Below, piece by piece: positions 40,083 through 53,400 of a stretch of 64,000 bases of DNA (the stretch's first letter is position 1; every line of letters starts with the position of its first letter). This DNA comes from Bugula neritina (lineage: Eukaryota > Animalia > Bryozoa): contig OZ037771.1 in assembly GCA_964035545.1 (NCBI GenBank), positions 1,561,628 through 1,625,627 of the forward strand, written 5' to 3'. A program made the translations under genes and the position numbers. The notes under the pieces were generated by a model. That model was not told where the DNA came from. It worked only from the letters and a program-made list of their open reading frames with translations, and searched no databases.

Positions 40083-43000
40083 ATGATGGATGGAGGTAAC
40101 TTATATTTCAACTCTAACGTCTCCAACAAAGAATCTCATCGAAAGTTGAAAAGGTGATCAGAAATTGTTAACCTACAATATAGTTATAAATTAATAACCT
40201 GTATTACTAACTATAAATAACTTGCCTGTGAAATACTAGTAGTTGTACATTAGGCTAATTTTAGTTGGTTGTTGCATCATACTATACTCAAATTACATAA
40301 CTCTAAAAAGAATCTCAGTGATAAAAGTTATATAATACAATAATACAATATAGTTTGCACTTGTTTGTTGTTATAAAATTAGGTGAGAGAATATTTACAA
40401 ATATCCACGGCCTAAAACTTGCAGCTATTCATTTGTATGCTCAATGTTGTTTAAATTAATTGGCTTTTAGTGACATTCAAAGCCGAATAGTAGCACTGAT
40501 TGACATGGATTGTTTCTATGTTCAAGTGGAGCAGAGATTGGCTCCAGAATGGAAAGGAAAGCCATGTGTTGTAGTACAGTATAATGAGTGGAAAGGTTTG
40601 TCTAGCCTGTGGTGTGGAAATTGTGAGACTAGAATCGTATTTAAAGCATCAGTTTTTGTCACATTTTATTGTGTTGGTGTGAAACCGTGACTTTATCAGT
40701 CTGACATGAAGTAATATTATAGGTTGAAGTAGTAACTCTGCACTATGGAACTATTCATGTTACTGGTTTGAGTTCTACTTTAATAAAACTGTGTTTAAAA
40801 TTCTATAAAATATTTTGTACTTATCTTTAATTTTTTTCTTGCTGGTGTGAAACCAGATGCTACTTGGATGCTTTTCCCAAAGTTGTATTACAAATAACGA
40901 CAGTATAATACAAGCTCTATGCAAATGTATGATAGATCTCATTGGCTGTTACTGTTAGGAGGGGGAATCATAGCTGTCGGGTATGAAGCTAGGGCTAAGG
41001 GAGTCACTCGCAGAGGTATGAGGGGAGACGATGCCAAACAAGTCTGTCCAGATGTGAAGCTGTTCAGTGTGCCAGAAATCAGAGGTGAGGAAATATTTGC
41101 TGCTTCACTAAAGAAGCTGCCAATTCTTTCCGCATGCTTCAAGGCAGTACGTTTACACTCTACATTACATTACTGTAACTGTGTACTACTTGAGATGTTT
41201 AGGGAATTGATTTTAGTTATCTGCCAGCATTGCAGCATTTGTGTGTGCAACTTAGTTGTAGTTCTATTGTTTCTAGTGATGTCAGAAGGGGTAAATTAAC
41301 TATAGTGTGTAGTTCATAGCCTGAGGGTTTTGTTACAGACCACTAAACTATTAGAACAGTGCATTATAGGAATGCCCAGAAAATAGCAATTTTACTTGTA
41401 TATATTAGAAAAGCATTTATATCCATATGATTATATTTACTTCTATATATTTCCTTTATGTCTTTAAATGATTATTTTTACTTTTACATATTTGAATAAA
41501 TATAATATTTACTTTAACATCTTTACATGAATATATTTACTTTAACATGTTTATGTGAATATATTTACCTTTATACATTTATATGTATATTTTATTTACG
41601 TGTACATATTTGTATGTATATACTTCATACGCAGGTACATATATTTGCATGTATATAATTCATACGCAGGTAAAGCAGATCTAACAAGATACAGAGAAGC
41701 TGGGGCGGAGGTAATATCTGTTCTCACACAGTTCACGGGATGTAGAGTGGAGAGAGCGAGCATAGACGAAGCGTATATAGACCTCACTGATAAAGTACAG
41801 GATATGATTTCACAGGTTTCAATGTCACAGCTAGCGATACCCTCCACTCAGGACTTACCTCATACGTTCGTAGTCGGCTCTGAAAACGGTATGAGTTGTA
41901 CAAGATGTCTAACATATACACAAGTAACATTATATTGTAATAATAACAAATGGAATAAAACATTTCTTTGTTTTATTGATAGAATATTTAATAATAGTTT
42001 TTTCAATAGTTTTATTACTGAGATTATTGTTAGTGACCCAGGTTTGTTTTGCGGTAGGTTTTACGAATCACACTATAGATTTATAATAAGTGCAGCTCCT
42101 ATTTATTCTCTGACTGTATCTAAAACCTGGATGCATTCTGATCACGTTTTTAGCATTTGTTGTAAATATGTATACTCTGAGACGCTAAAAGAATAAAACT
42201 TGGACTCGAGGCAATCTATTTAAGGACTTTAGAGCATATCACATGACCAGAATGTCGTATTGATATAAACCAGCTGTTTGACAGAGGTTTGGAGTGGCTC
42301 CTTTCTACTTGTATAGACTGTGGCTTCTTAAACTCTCACAGCTTTTGATCCTACACTTTCCTATGCTTTAGACAACCGTGAAGATTCGCTCAGAGAGTGG
42401 CTCGAGTCATTGAGCTCTCCAGACTCTCTGGATTCTCACAATGATCTCCGATTGTGTTTTGGCGCCGTCATTGTGGAGAAGATGAGAAAGGCAGTTAAGG
42501 ATCAGACAGGGTTTGAGTGCTCAGCAGGCATTTCACATAACAAGGTAGAATACAGTTTCACATAACAAGGTAGAATATAGTTTCACATAACAAGGTAGAA
42601 TACAGTTTCACATAACAAGGTAGAATATAGTTTCACATAACAAGGTAGAATATAGTTTCACATAACAAGGTAGAATATAGTTTCACATAACAAGGTAGAA
42701 TATAGCTTCACATAACAAGGTAGAATATAGTTTCACATAACAAGGTAGAATATAGTTTCACATAACAAGGTAGAATATAGTTTCACATAACAAGGTAGAA
42801 TATAGTTTCGCATAACAAGGTAGAATATAGCTTCACATAACAAGGTAGAATATAGCTTCACATAACAAGGTAGAATATAGTTTCACATAACAAGGTAGAA
42901 TATAGTTTCACATAACAAGGTAGAATATAGTTTCACATAACAAGGTAGAATATAGTTTCACATAACAAGGTAGAATACAGTTTCACATAACAAGGTAGAA

Positions 43001-46000
43001 TATAGTTTCACATAACAAGGTAGAATACAGTTTCACATAACAAGGTAGAATACAGTTTCACATAACAAGGTAGAATATAGTTTCACATAACAAGGTAGAA
43101 TATAGTTTCACATAACAAGGTAGAATATAGTTTCACATAACAAGGTAGAATATAGCTTCACATAACAAGGTAGAATATAGTTTCACATAACAAGGTAGAA
43201 TATAGTTTCACATAACAAGGTAGAATATAGTTTCACATAACAAGGTAGAATATAGTTTCACATAACAAGGTAGAATATAGCTTCACATAACAAGGTAGAA
43301 TATAGCTTCACATAACAAGGTAGAATATAGTTTCACATAACAAGGTAGAATATAGTTTCACATAACAAGGTAGAATATAGTTTCACATAACAAGGTAGAA
43401 TATAGTTTCGCATAACAAGGTAGAATATAGCTTCACATAACAAGGTAGAATATAGCTTCACATAACAAGGTAGAATATAGTTTCACATAACAAGGTAGAA
43501 TATAGTTTCACATAACAAGGTAGAATATAGTTTCACATAACAAGGTAGAATATAGTTTCACATAACAAGGTAGAATATAGCTTCACATAACAAGGTAGAA
43601 TATAGCTTCACATAACAAGGTAGAATATAGTTTCACATAACAAGGTAGAATATAGCTTCACATAACAAGGTAGAATACAGTTTCACATAACAAGGTAAAA
43701 TATAGTTTCACATAACAAGGTAGAATATAGTTTCACATAACAAGGTAGAATATTGTAGACGGTTTCATCCTCTAAGCCCTCTAATGATATAAACTGTAGT
43801 TATAGCAAGTTTCATACAGCAATTCATGTGTTGCCCAGGTTCTTTCAAAGCTAGCCTGTGGACTACATAAACCACAAAAGCAGACCATTCTGGGCATCAG
43901 TGCAGTGCCCGACTTATTTTCCACTTTCCCAATAAGCAAGGTCAGACATTTTGGCGGAAAGCTGGGGCAGAGTATAAAAGAAGACTTTGGTGTGAACTTT
44001 ATAGGAGAGTGTGTGACAATTCCTCTCAAGGTGAACTCTTTGATGCAGAAGTTCGTAAACAATATTATATAGGCTGTTGGATACCCCCACCCGATAGCTA
44101 ATTGTTAATCAGAACTCTAAGGCTTGTACAGCCAGTTACAGTCAGACTGTTTCTATTCAGTGATCTCTTTAAATCTGAATTATTCAACTTCTTAATTTTA
44201 TTTTCATTTTATTGAACCTCACTTCTTGTGGTACTTCCATTACTTTTTCTCCTAAGATTTATTATTAAGATTTCCCCCTCCCGAGATGATTATTTAAAAA
44301 TGATGTCAGGTTCTATCATTGTCAACATTATTATCCACTATTCAGGATTTGAGGGACCAATATGGTACAAAGACGGCTAACTTTATACACGACATGTGCA
44401 GAGGTCATGACCCCGAGCCTGTCAATGACCGACAACTCCCAAAGTCAGTTGGCTGCAGTAAGAATTTTAGAGGAAAGCTTATAATAACCACATACAAGAA
44501 GGTACTCACTGTTAACTGTTGACTATTTACTGTTCACTACTTACTATTACCTATTCACTATTAACTACTCATTATTTACCAGTAATTATTTACCAGTTAA
44601 ATATTCACAAAATGTTTATTGCTGTTCCTGTGTATTGCTAAACCAACTTATGTACCTTAGCTTTCAATGTAAGTAATTTATTATGTGAGTTTGCTTTGTA
44701 ACCAGGCCCGCTATTGGCTGAAACAGTTGTCTGCAGAAGTAGAAGAGAGGCTGATTAAAGATCGGGAGCAGAATCATAGAATACCTAAAAGTCTCTCCAT
44801 GTCAGTGAGGTTTGTGTATAGATTTGTGTATAGACTTGCGTAAAGATTTGTATAGACTTATGTATAGACTTGTGTATAGACTTGTGTATAGACTTGTACA
44901 CGATTTGTCTATATACTTATGTATAGACTTATGTATAGACTTGTGTATAGACTTGTGTATAGACTTGTGTATAGACTTGTGTATAGACTTGTACACGATT
45001 TGTCTATATACTTATGTATAGACTTGTGTATAGACTTGTACACAAGTTGCTGAACTATCCAGTCTCTTATGACTGTGAATAAAGTAGACTGAATTGTTCA
45101 CCTGAAGAGGGAGGTAACATACAGAATATCTCTACAGGCGTGGAAAATGTTTAAATACACAAAAATAAAGAATCTAGATTTTCTGTACTGAAAATATATT
45201 TTTATAGAATTTTATAGCAAAATATTTTGTAAATAAATACTGTGTTGTAGGTTCACAGACTATCAGTGGCTGTCCAGGGCCCTCCCCCTCTCTAAGATGA
45301 CGCAGCAGGCAATAGAGAACTCAGCTATGACTACTCTCACTAAGATCTGTGGTGAAGAGACTACAGTACTCAATCCTGCCATCACCTGTTTGAGTACGTC
45401 TGCTTATTCTCTCTGCTTACCTTCTGCTTTCTCTGTTTTCATATCTGCTATGTTCTTTCTGGTATTAATTGTCATCAACGCTTGGCAAGTTTCTAAAAGT
45501 TGTCACATCATGTTTTAGAAACTTCATTTTTGTCGAATGCTGTTTAATTTTACTATCATATTATTTGTGTATAACAGCAGTTGCAGGTGTTTGTGCCTAG
45601 AGAAAGTAATCTCACATGTTGTTATGGTCATATGTATTTACTCAAATCAATTGCAGTTTGCCATGCTGCTTGTTGCACTATTATAGGTCTAAGTGCTGGG
45701 AAGTTTGAGGAGCTCGAGGGCAAGTCCCTTACAAACTACTTCTCTACCGGAGCTAAGTCTACAGTTGACATATTTGACAGCATAGCCCCTCCGTCCCCCG
45801 AACCCCAGGTGATTCCCGGACCGCCGCTACCGCCGAGTAATGGCTGCAGTTTGAAGGCTTTCTTCAATGACTCACACAAGGTCCTTGACCCTTTCAACTC
45901 CCTAGCTAACTCCTTCACTTCTCCGTCCAAACCCGAACCGGCCAAACCAAAAGGCATTGCTAAATATTTTAAACAAACTGCGCTGAATAAAGTATCTCCC

Positions 46001-47248
46001 AAAGCCTCTGTGGGTGTATTTTATGATCCGAGTGGAGGCAGACTGAACGAGGATGTTTTAGATATGGACTCCTATTCAAACTCTGGACTACAAGAAGACT
46101 GTGTCAAATGTGATGAGTCAGGAGAATTGACAGATCTAGGAGAGGACAACTTTGAGAGAGAAAACTTAAAAGACATTTCACTGAAAGAATCAGATGTTAC
46201 TGTCGTCGTAAAGGAAGTGCTGAACGAGCTGATTGATTCGTTTGCCAGTGACTCATCAACTCACTCGACCTCTAAGCTGTTAGCTGAACTAACGGATGGA
46301 AAACAGGAGGTCTGTGAAGCTACAGTCCCGCACTCTGACACTTCATTTCTAGATGTCATTGAAAGGGAGGAGCGAATGTTTAGAGAACGGACCAATCAGG
46401 TGAAAGATTCAGTCACATCTCTAGAAAATTTCACTAATGTCAAATCTCCGCTTCCGATTGGCCGTTTCATAGAGAAGCCCGTTACTCCAAGGCGAGATAA
46501 TTCCTCCAAGTTGAGGAAAATGACGTTGAATAAACAAAAGAAATCTGGTGTGACAGACAACTCGAAGCGTCCTGGTATTGATATCAGAGCTTTCACACAG
46601 TCCAGTAACTCGACAGTGTGGGATAGAAGTTATGAGCCGGTGTTGAGGGTTCGTGACTGTGAAACCGGGGGTTTGGGGTTTGATGCTCTGAGTAGAGAAG
46701 ATTCTAGTAGAACTCGGGGTACTAGGGAGAATATGGAGGACAGTGATGAGGAGATTTCTGTGGTGTGGCAAGCTGATGGCTGCCGTAAAGTCTCTCCAGG
46801 TGTTGGTAAGTCTTCTTTACTCTTACATGTTCTGCATCCAGAAAGGTGACAACTCCAGTGAAACCTAGCTAATGTGTAAACATGTGGGACATTTCGGCAT
46901 GCCATCCTAGTACTACAAACTTATTTTATGTAAAAAGAGTGAAGATGCATACTTTTCTTTTACAAATTTTTTATATTTTGGAATGCGACAGCTTTATGTT
47001 CACAAGATACGTTTATATCCAACCACCCAAAGTGCCATACTATAAGGAGTTTAGGACTATATGTCTTCACTTTTTTGTATTTCAACTCGTAGTCTGTAAA
47101 AGGCATCCTTGTTCTTTTTTGGCTGTTAGTGTAGTGAACACGCTGCCTTCATAAACTGTTTGCAGGCGCCAAAAGTAAGTGGAAGTCAGCACAGGGAGCC
47201 TCTTCATCACATAAGAAGTTGAGGTCCATCACCGATTACTTCAAGTAG
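40083..47248 (+). CDS. POLH: DNA polymerase eta (Y-family translesion polymerase), about 836 aa, 11 coding exons
   Basis: Exons 40083-40153 (start least certain), 40471-40595, 40959-41084, 41670-41888, 42372-42544, 43839-44030, 44346-44501, 44706-44809, 45251-45393, 45687-46805, 47166-47248; total 2511 nt in frame. Motifs RIVALIDMDCFYVQVEQR, WKGGGIIAVGYEAR, GKADLTRYREAG, VERASIDEAYIDLT, CSAGISHNKVLSKLACGLHKP, FGGKLG, RQLPKSVGCSKNF and the C-terminal PIP box RSITDYFK match the Pol eta/Rad30 subfamily. Confidence 0.96.
42531..43753 (+). repeat. Minisatellite, 25-bp unit TTTCACATAACAAG|GTAGAATATAG, about 49 copies, built from the POLH exon 5/intron 5 junction
   Basis: The first unit is the last 14 coding nt of exon 5 (ISHNK) plus 11 nt of intron. 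Confidence 0.97.
44810..45043. repeat. 12-bp tandem repeat GACTTGTGTATA starting at the POLH exon 8 donor
   Basis: GAG|gtttgtgtata gatttgtgtata gacttg... Confidence 0.92.
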
Positions 47249-48687
47249 CCTTACAGGGCAGGAGTAAGCAACTCCTGGCTTTAAACCAAATACTTTTAGA
47301 AAACGACTCTATAGACTGAGAATTAGAAACAATAATTCTTTACTAATCTCTGCAAAACAGGTTATGTTTCAGTTTATTCTAGATTCTTACATTTTTCTCA
47401 AAATTAATCTCATCAAAATTATAATCCTTTTATGTCAATTATTTGTTTTACTTTTGTACGGTGCTAATAATAAAAACTGGATATATTTTCTAAATAACCA
47501 TTTTTCTCACAGTTTTTTCAAGGATACGCTTTTCTTGAAGCCTTCTGAACAAATCAAATGCATTTATTTAAAAACATGAAAATTAAATTTATTACTTAGA
47601 AAATGGAACAAAAAATGTTAGTTTTTTTAAGTTTTGCAATGTTAAATAGTGTATTGTTTGGTGACACTTGACCTTGGCACATAGCCTGAGAGTCTGTTGT
47701 TGGGTGTGTGGCTAGACGGGCAGTCTTGAAAGGCTCAGTAGTAGGGAAATATTTTATTGGTCTTTTGGATACATTTTAGTTTATGTTGTGGGTTGAAGAT
47801 TGCATGAGAACATAACTTCTCTTGTTACATTTCTCATTACTGCAACTAACGTGGCGGATGAACATTGATATCTAAATGGTTACTGAGGGGTTATATAGCA
47901 ATGAGATCTAAACACTGATAGTGGCTAGTAACTTGATAGTATAATACAGACAATGTGTAGTCCATATCAGTCTAGGGTAGCTTTTGTTTGTTATTAGGGA
48001 TTTGATTAATGACCTTTTAAATGATGTGAAATGTCACTGGAATGACGGCTACTTTACCAGTTTGCTATAGTTTTATATTGTAATTACTAGCAAGTTACAC
48101 TCCTATAGACCAGCCTGATAGATTACCCTTTAACCCTTTGCAATAGACTAACTTATACTAAAAGTAGAACTTCTGGGTGCCAGTAACAGCTTAGTAATAC
48201 CAAGGTACGTATTCTATTCTACAACATTCTACTGACAGTATTTCACTTACAGTATTTTTCCAGACTCCAATATAAAACTAAAAGTAATTTTATTATTATG
48301 TAATACTGTATTCAACTAGTAAAGGCTTTAAAGTATACCTGTAAAATATGCAAGCAATATCATATAATGCAATATTCTATTATATTATTGATATTACTGA
48401 ACTTATATCAATCTTTATTGCATTGCCAGTAAGTGTAGCAGTCTACTGGTGTATTGTTCAAGTAGAAATGCTTCCTAAATTAACTGTCGTGCTTTGCTTT
48501 ACTCTGGCTTTACTTGCTGCTATTAGCATTAGTTCCAAGACAGGCAAAGTCGGGCAGTGTCTTTATAGAACCTCAGGCTATGGAAGTCTCTATTTAGCTG
48601 CAACATAGATTCAGTAGTCCTTAGTATCTACGCAGTATCTACACATGCAGGTTTTTAGCCTAAGTTTCTATTTCATAGATTGTAGCC

Positions 48688-51487
48688 ATGGTTTCTACAC
48701 CCAGCAGAGAGATGACCGGGGCGTTAGTCCTGGGTGCCGGAGTGCTACTAGTAGCTGGTTATGTTCTTTATAAGCGGAAATCAAAATCCTATTCGGTTGG
48801 GAAACTTTCACAGCTCATCCTCTATCCGATCAAATCAGGGCCACCCATGCATGTCCAATCAGCAGAATGCTTAGAAACTGGACTTAAATATAAACAAGTT
48901 TATGATAGGTCAGTATATGTTGTTGTCATGGCAATATGTGTATACACAAAAATTATTTGCATCGCAATTTCAACGACTTGAAACTTGTTTATTAGTGCAC
49001 TGTCTTGTGGTTGAGGTCAAGGTCGATACGCTTGTAATGCGATATTTTCATTTCCTCTGCAGACAGTTTGCTCTGATAGGAAAGACAACTTTCATCAGCA
49101 TAAGAAAAAACCTACGACTTCTAAAGTTAAAAATAAATTATGACGAAGACACGAATAGCTTGATTCTAAAAGCTCCTACGATGACTGCTGCATTGTCTAT
49201 ACCTCTGCAGGTTCCAGAATATGACCCCAGTAAGGTCAAATCCTTCATGTAAGTGAGACTATCGTAAGTTATGCTTCATTACTATGTTTCTAATGGTAGC
49301 ATAGATTGCTGTATCAGTTGGAATATTTATTGGGTGCATAATTCTATAACATATCATAATAAATGAATTTACACATGAAAGGGGAAGCAACTCATGAATT
49401 TAACTTTTTCACAAAAAAATAACTATTTCTGCTTATCGATATTATAAACAATCTTAAAACAAAACTAAACCATATCACAGAAATAGAAATGTGTGAATTT
49501 TATTGACAGGTGGTTCGATAATCGAGAGACCCTCTACTTTGATTACGGAGATACGTACTCCAAGTGGCTCAGTGAATTCCTTGAAGAAGAATGCAGAATG
49601 GGGTATGCACACCCTGAGATTGTAAGGGAGATAAATCCTGAGATGGTGTACAATCATACAGACGTACACCCAGACAGCAAGGTAATAGGCTCACAGGCTA
49701 CACATCATGAACTTCCTGCTGACTAGCCTTAGCTCTAGAGTTGTATAGCCGCAATGTGTAAATCATACTAGTGTATTAACAAAGAGTGCTTTATAAGCTG
49801 TCAGTGAACAGGCTGTTGTTCTACACATTTTAGTACAAGTTTTAAAGGTAATGGAAAATACCCTTATGATAAACATTGCAAATTCTTAAAGTGTACCAAG
49901 TGGCTTATATTTGAATAAATGTGTTTTAGAGATGAGGTTTTGAATGTGAAATTTTGTCACAGAAGATGATCAACACTGGCTTATCTAATTTTTTTTTGCC
50001 AAAGTTCTAAATTTTTCTGAAGATGCAAGTGGCTGTGGCATGTTTTTTTATATGACTACCGAGCCTATTACCATCAGGCTAAAAGAGTTTATGTCTAAAA
50101 TGATTCAACATTTAGCTATTTCTTTGTAGTGAATCCATTTCACTTTGACATTATTTACAGATTTTGTTCTCAAACACTCACCCATTTATGATTGCCACAC
50201 AAGCGTCTTTAGATGATTTGAATGAAAGGCTAGAAGACAAGGTCACTATGGATTCATTTCGACCCAACTTTGTAATAACAGGAGAAGGCAACTCCGTCAT
50301 TGAACCGTACATCGAGGTCTGTAGTCTGTTGAACAGAATTATGTATTGCAGTGTTAGTATTTAGCAGAATAATTTAGATTTTGTGAATTTGAGTTTGATA
50401 GAACAAGGGGAAACACAACTTCTTAAACATGAATTGCCAATATTTTTTTATTTTGAATGTATTGCAGTGAAATAAAAGTGATGTTAAAAGTTTATTAATC
50501 TTTTAGAAAGTTCATAACTCTAACTATATAAAACCAAAAGCTTTATAAGGCTATTTATAGCTTTATAAAGCTATAAATAGCTTTATAAAGTTATAAATAG
50601 CTTATGTCAAGTGTCTTGGAACAGCCAGTCTATAGTTCCATAGTTTAGTTTAAACTCAAATATTACACAGGAAGAATATTTTCTAAAGCCTACTCATCGT
50701 TAAGCTTATTAAAAAGCTCAAGATTTTAAATATTTTCTGAGCAGTTTACATCAGCTAATATTGTCAACGGCTAATAGAACACAAGTACAAACATATATCA
50801 TTGACAAATAGTGCATGCATTCTGTAGGATTCTTGGCGTGAGATTTGCGTAGGACCAGATGCTGTTCTGTACAACTCGCGGGCGTGTCCAAGATGTCCCA
50901 TGATTTATGTTGACTACAATAACCACAAGATGAGAGATAACAAGGAACCAATGACAACTCTTCTCAGGTAAGTTACAGCTGAGCAACCAATGGCAATGCT
51001 CGATAAAAGCAGTCAAACTCTCTAACTAGTAACATGAAATTATTGAGCATTAACGACAATTGAAATATCTTTTATATCAGTGATGTAAACAAACCTCATA
51101 ATTTAATGTGCAATTTATAATCTTATCAGCCAGTAACAGATTTTCTAAATGAGTAAATCCACAATATACATAAAACTAATAAGCAAACCATGCCTTATAA
51201 TAACCCTAATAGTGTTGAAATAGTTCTACTAGTACTAATAGTACCAATAATCCTAATAGTCTTAGAGTAGTACTTCTAGTACTGCTAGTACTAATAGTCA
51301 TGATAGTCTAGTTAGTACTACTAGTACCAATAGTCCTAAAAGCTATTAGCATATTACTCTTAGATATCGCAGAGGGACTGTGAAGAAGGACAAAAGCAAG
51401 ACTGTATTTGGAATCAATGTTACTCTGATTAAACATGGCCGAATTTCTGTCGGAGATAAATTCGTAGCTGCTTATGCTACAGCATAG
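48688..51487 (+). CDS. MTARC: Mitochondrial amidoxime-reducing component (mARC/MOSC family) paralog A, 332 aa, 6 exons
   Basis: Exons 48688-48908, 49063-49248, 49510-49681, 50161-50316, 50828-50967, 51364-51487; total 999 nt. N-terminal TM anchor followed by basic residues, LYPIKSG, DRQF, ASLDDLNERL, FRPNFVI, EDSW, Moco-ligating ACPRC, KEPMTTLLRYR, FGINV, GRISVGD. Confidence 0.93.
50541..50590. repeat. 50-bp near-perfect palindrome in mARC-A intron 4
   Basis: CTTTATAAGG-CTATTTATAGCTTTATAAAGCTATAAATAG-CTTTATAAAG: 32-bp perfect core and one G.T mismatch over 50 bp. Confidence 0.9.
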
Positions 51488-53400
51488 AAAGACATGGTAA
51501 CACTGTATGGATAGGTAAACCAGTAGATATACAGATACCTACACATGTCTACAGGTGTCTGCAGGTGTCTGCAGGTGTCTGCAGTTACTTTACATGTTTA
51601 GCTCAAACATATAATTGAAAGTCACCCATATGGAACTTTGTGATTTTTGCTTTGATAGAAAAGCCCCACAAAAAGTTACACAATTACTTAAACATTGATA
51701 GCTTATATAATTATTCTTTTTATTTTGAGTGTATTTTATTTAGTTTAATTTCTTTCAGAAAATTTAAATCTGTATTTTTGAAGTGATATCCTAAAGTTTT
51801 TTCAAGCATATGAAAGCTCATTAATTATTTTCATCAAGTTTTAACTTGACACATGCTGCTTCGGATTCAGAGCATGCTGTCTAAATGCCTAATCTAGTCT
51901 AGTTTTTGTAAACATAAAATTCAAACATTACAACTGTTACTTTCACAACTTTAATTTTTCTATCTTGAAACTTTCTGATATCTGCAAAATATTATACAGT
52001 ATGCAACACTTATCTTATTCAACTGTCTCTTATTATATTATGCAACTGTCTGCAATTGAAATGTTCAACTATCTGTGTAGATTTAAGTAACCAACGTCTA
52101 GAGATCACTTTACCTGAATGCTAACAGAAGAGCCATTACAATGTTATATCTAGCTTACTGTATGCAAACTGTACACACCCTAATAAGATGACCTCACGTG
52201 TCTATAGCAACTATATACAGTCTAGTTAACACTATGAGTAAGAGTATTTGCATCATTATTCTAATATACACTTTATTTTAAAATAATTATATGTAACACA
52301 GTGCTACATATGGGTTGGGAGCTAATACTTAGCTGCATTGACTCTTAGACTCCTGACAGTGCACAGTTGGGGTGGGATGGGGCTCCCCCACTAGTTGTTA
52401 GCCCTTATTGCTGAGCTATCTTGCAATAGCTGCAGGCTTTCATCAGTTAGAAAAGCTTCAGACAGGTGTAGCTAGCATTTGTGTTCTACTTTCTATAATT
52501 TAAAGTTTAAACTCATAATAGTAAGTAAAAAGAAATGTAAGTGAATAGTATGTAAACGCTTCTCTCCTTCATTTCCTTTCTTTGTGACTAGCTATTGATA
52601 TGATGACATGCATTACAATGATGGTAATCAGTGTTTGTTCTCAGGACTACTGGAGCACCCAGTTAACCTAACTATTAATAAACAACTGTAACTACATACT
52701 TGTTGTATAAATAGCTGTCTCCTTGTTACCTGGAAGCATTTATCACCTGTACCTTGTTATGTTGCCTAAAATAGTTCATCACGTGATGGCTGGCTTATTG
52801 GAAAATTCCACTGGCCTTGTTGATAAGGTGAACAGCAGTATTATGAACCAATTTCATACTCTCAAAGGCGCTGGCCCCATAGCTGAAAAGCTAGAAATAA
52901 AATTAATATCTGTTAGTTAGGCAGCTTGCATCAACGTTTATGTTATACATTTTCACCAGTGTAAAGGTTCATTAATAAGCCTAGATAATTGATGTTTTAT
53001 AATTATTTTGAAAACATTTTATCATAGGATGTGCTTATATTTTGTACAGAATGTATTTCTGTTTTGCATAGAGCGCATTTAAATTTTGTATAGATTGTAT
53101 TTATATTTTATATAAAATGTATTCACATTTTGGATGAAATGATTATTACCCAATGTGTCTCTTAATCTTATAGGCTAAAAAGTAGACTGTATGTTTTGAG
53201 CTGACCAATCACCATCTTTTTATAGCATGTTGTCAATTCACTGATATAAATGTGTGGGAGTAGGTGTTAGGCTATCACTATTGCGTTGGCTATAGGTCAT
53301 TTATGAACCAATTCCAAGTCAACTATTAAGAACCAAAGCGTAAAGTGGCATTTTTCTCGAAACAGAGGAACTTTCTAGAAGTTATTTTACGGCAGCAGTA

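Noticed and set aside
42531-43753. CRISPR-like array
   Set aside because: Units are contiguous with no unique spacers, there are no cas genes, and the context is a eukaryotic intron.
42545-43838. New intron created by tandem duplication of an AG|GT proto-splice site
   Set aside because: The intron has its own unique 3' part and acceptor (43838). As I recall, human POLH has an intron at the same HNK|VL position, so the intron predates the array.
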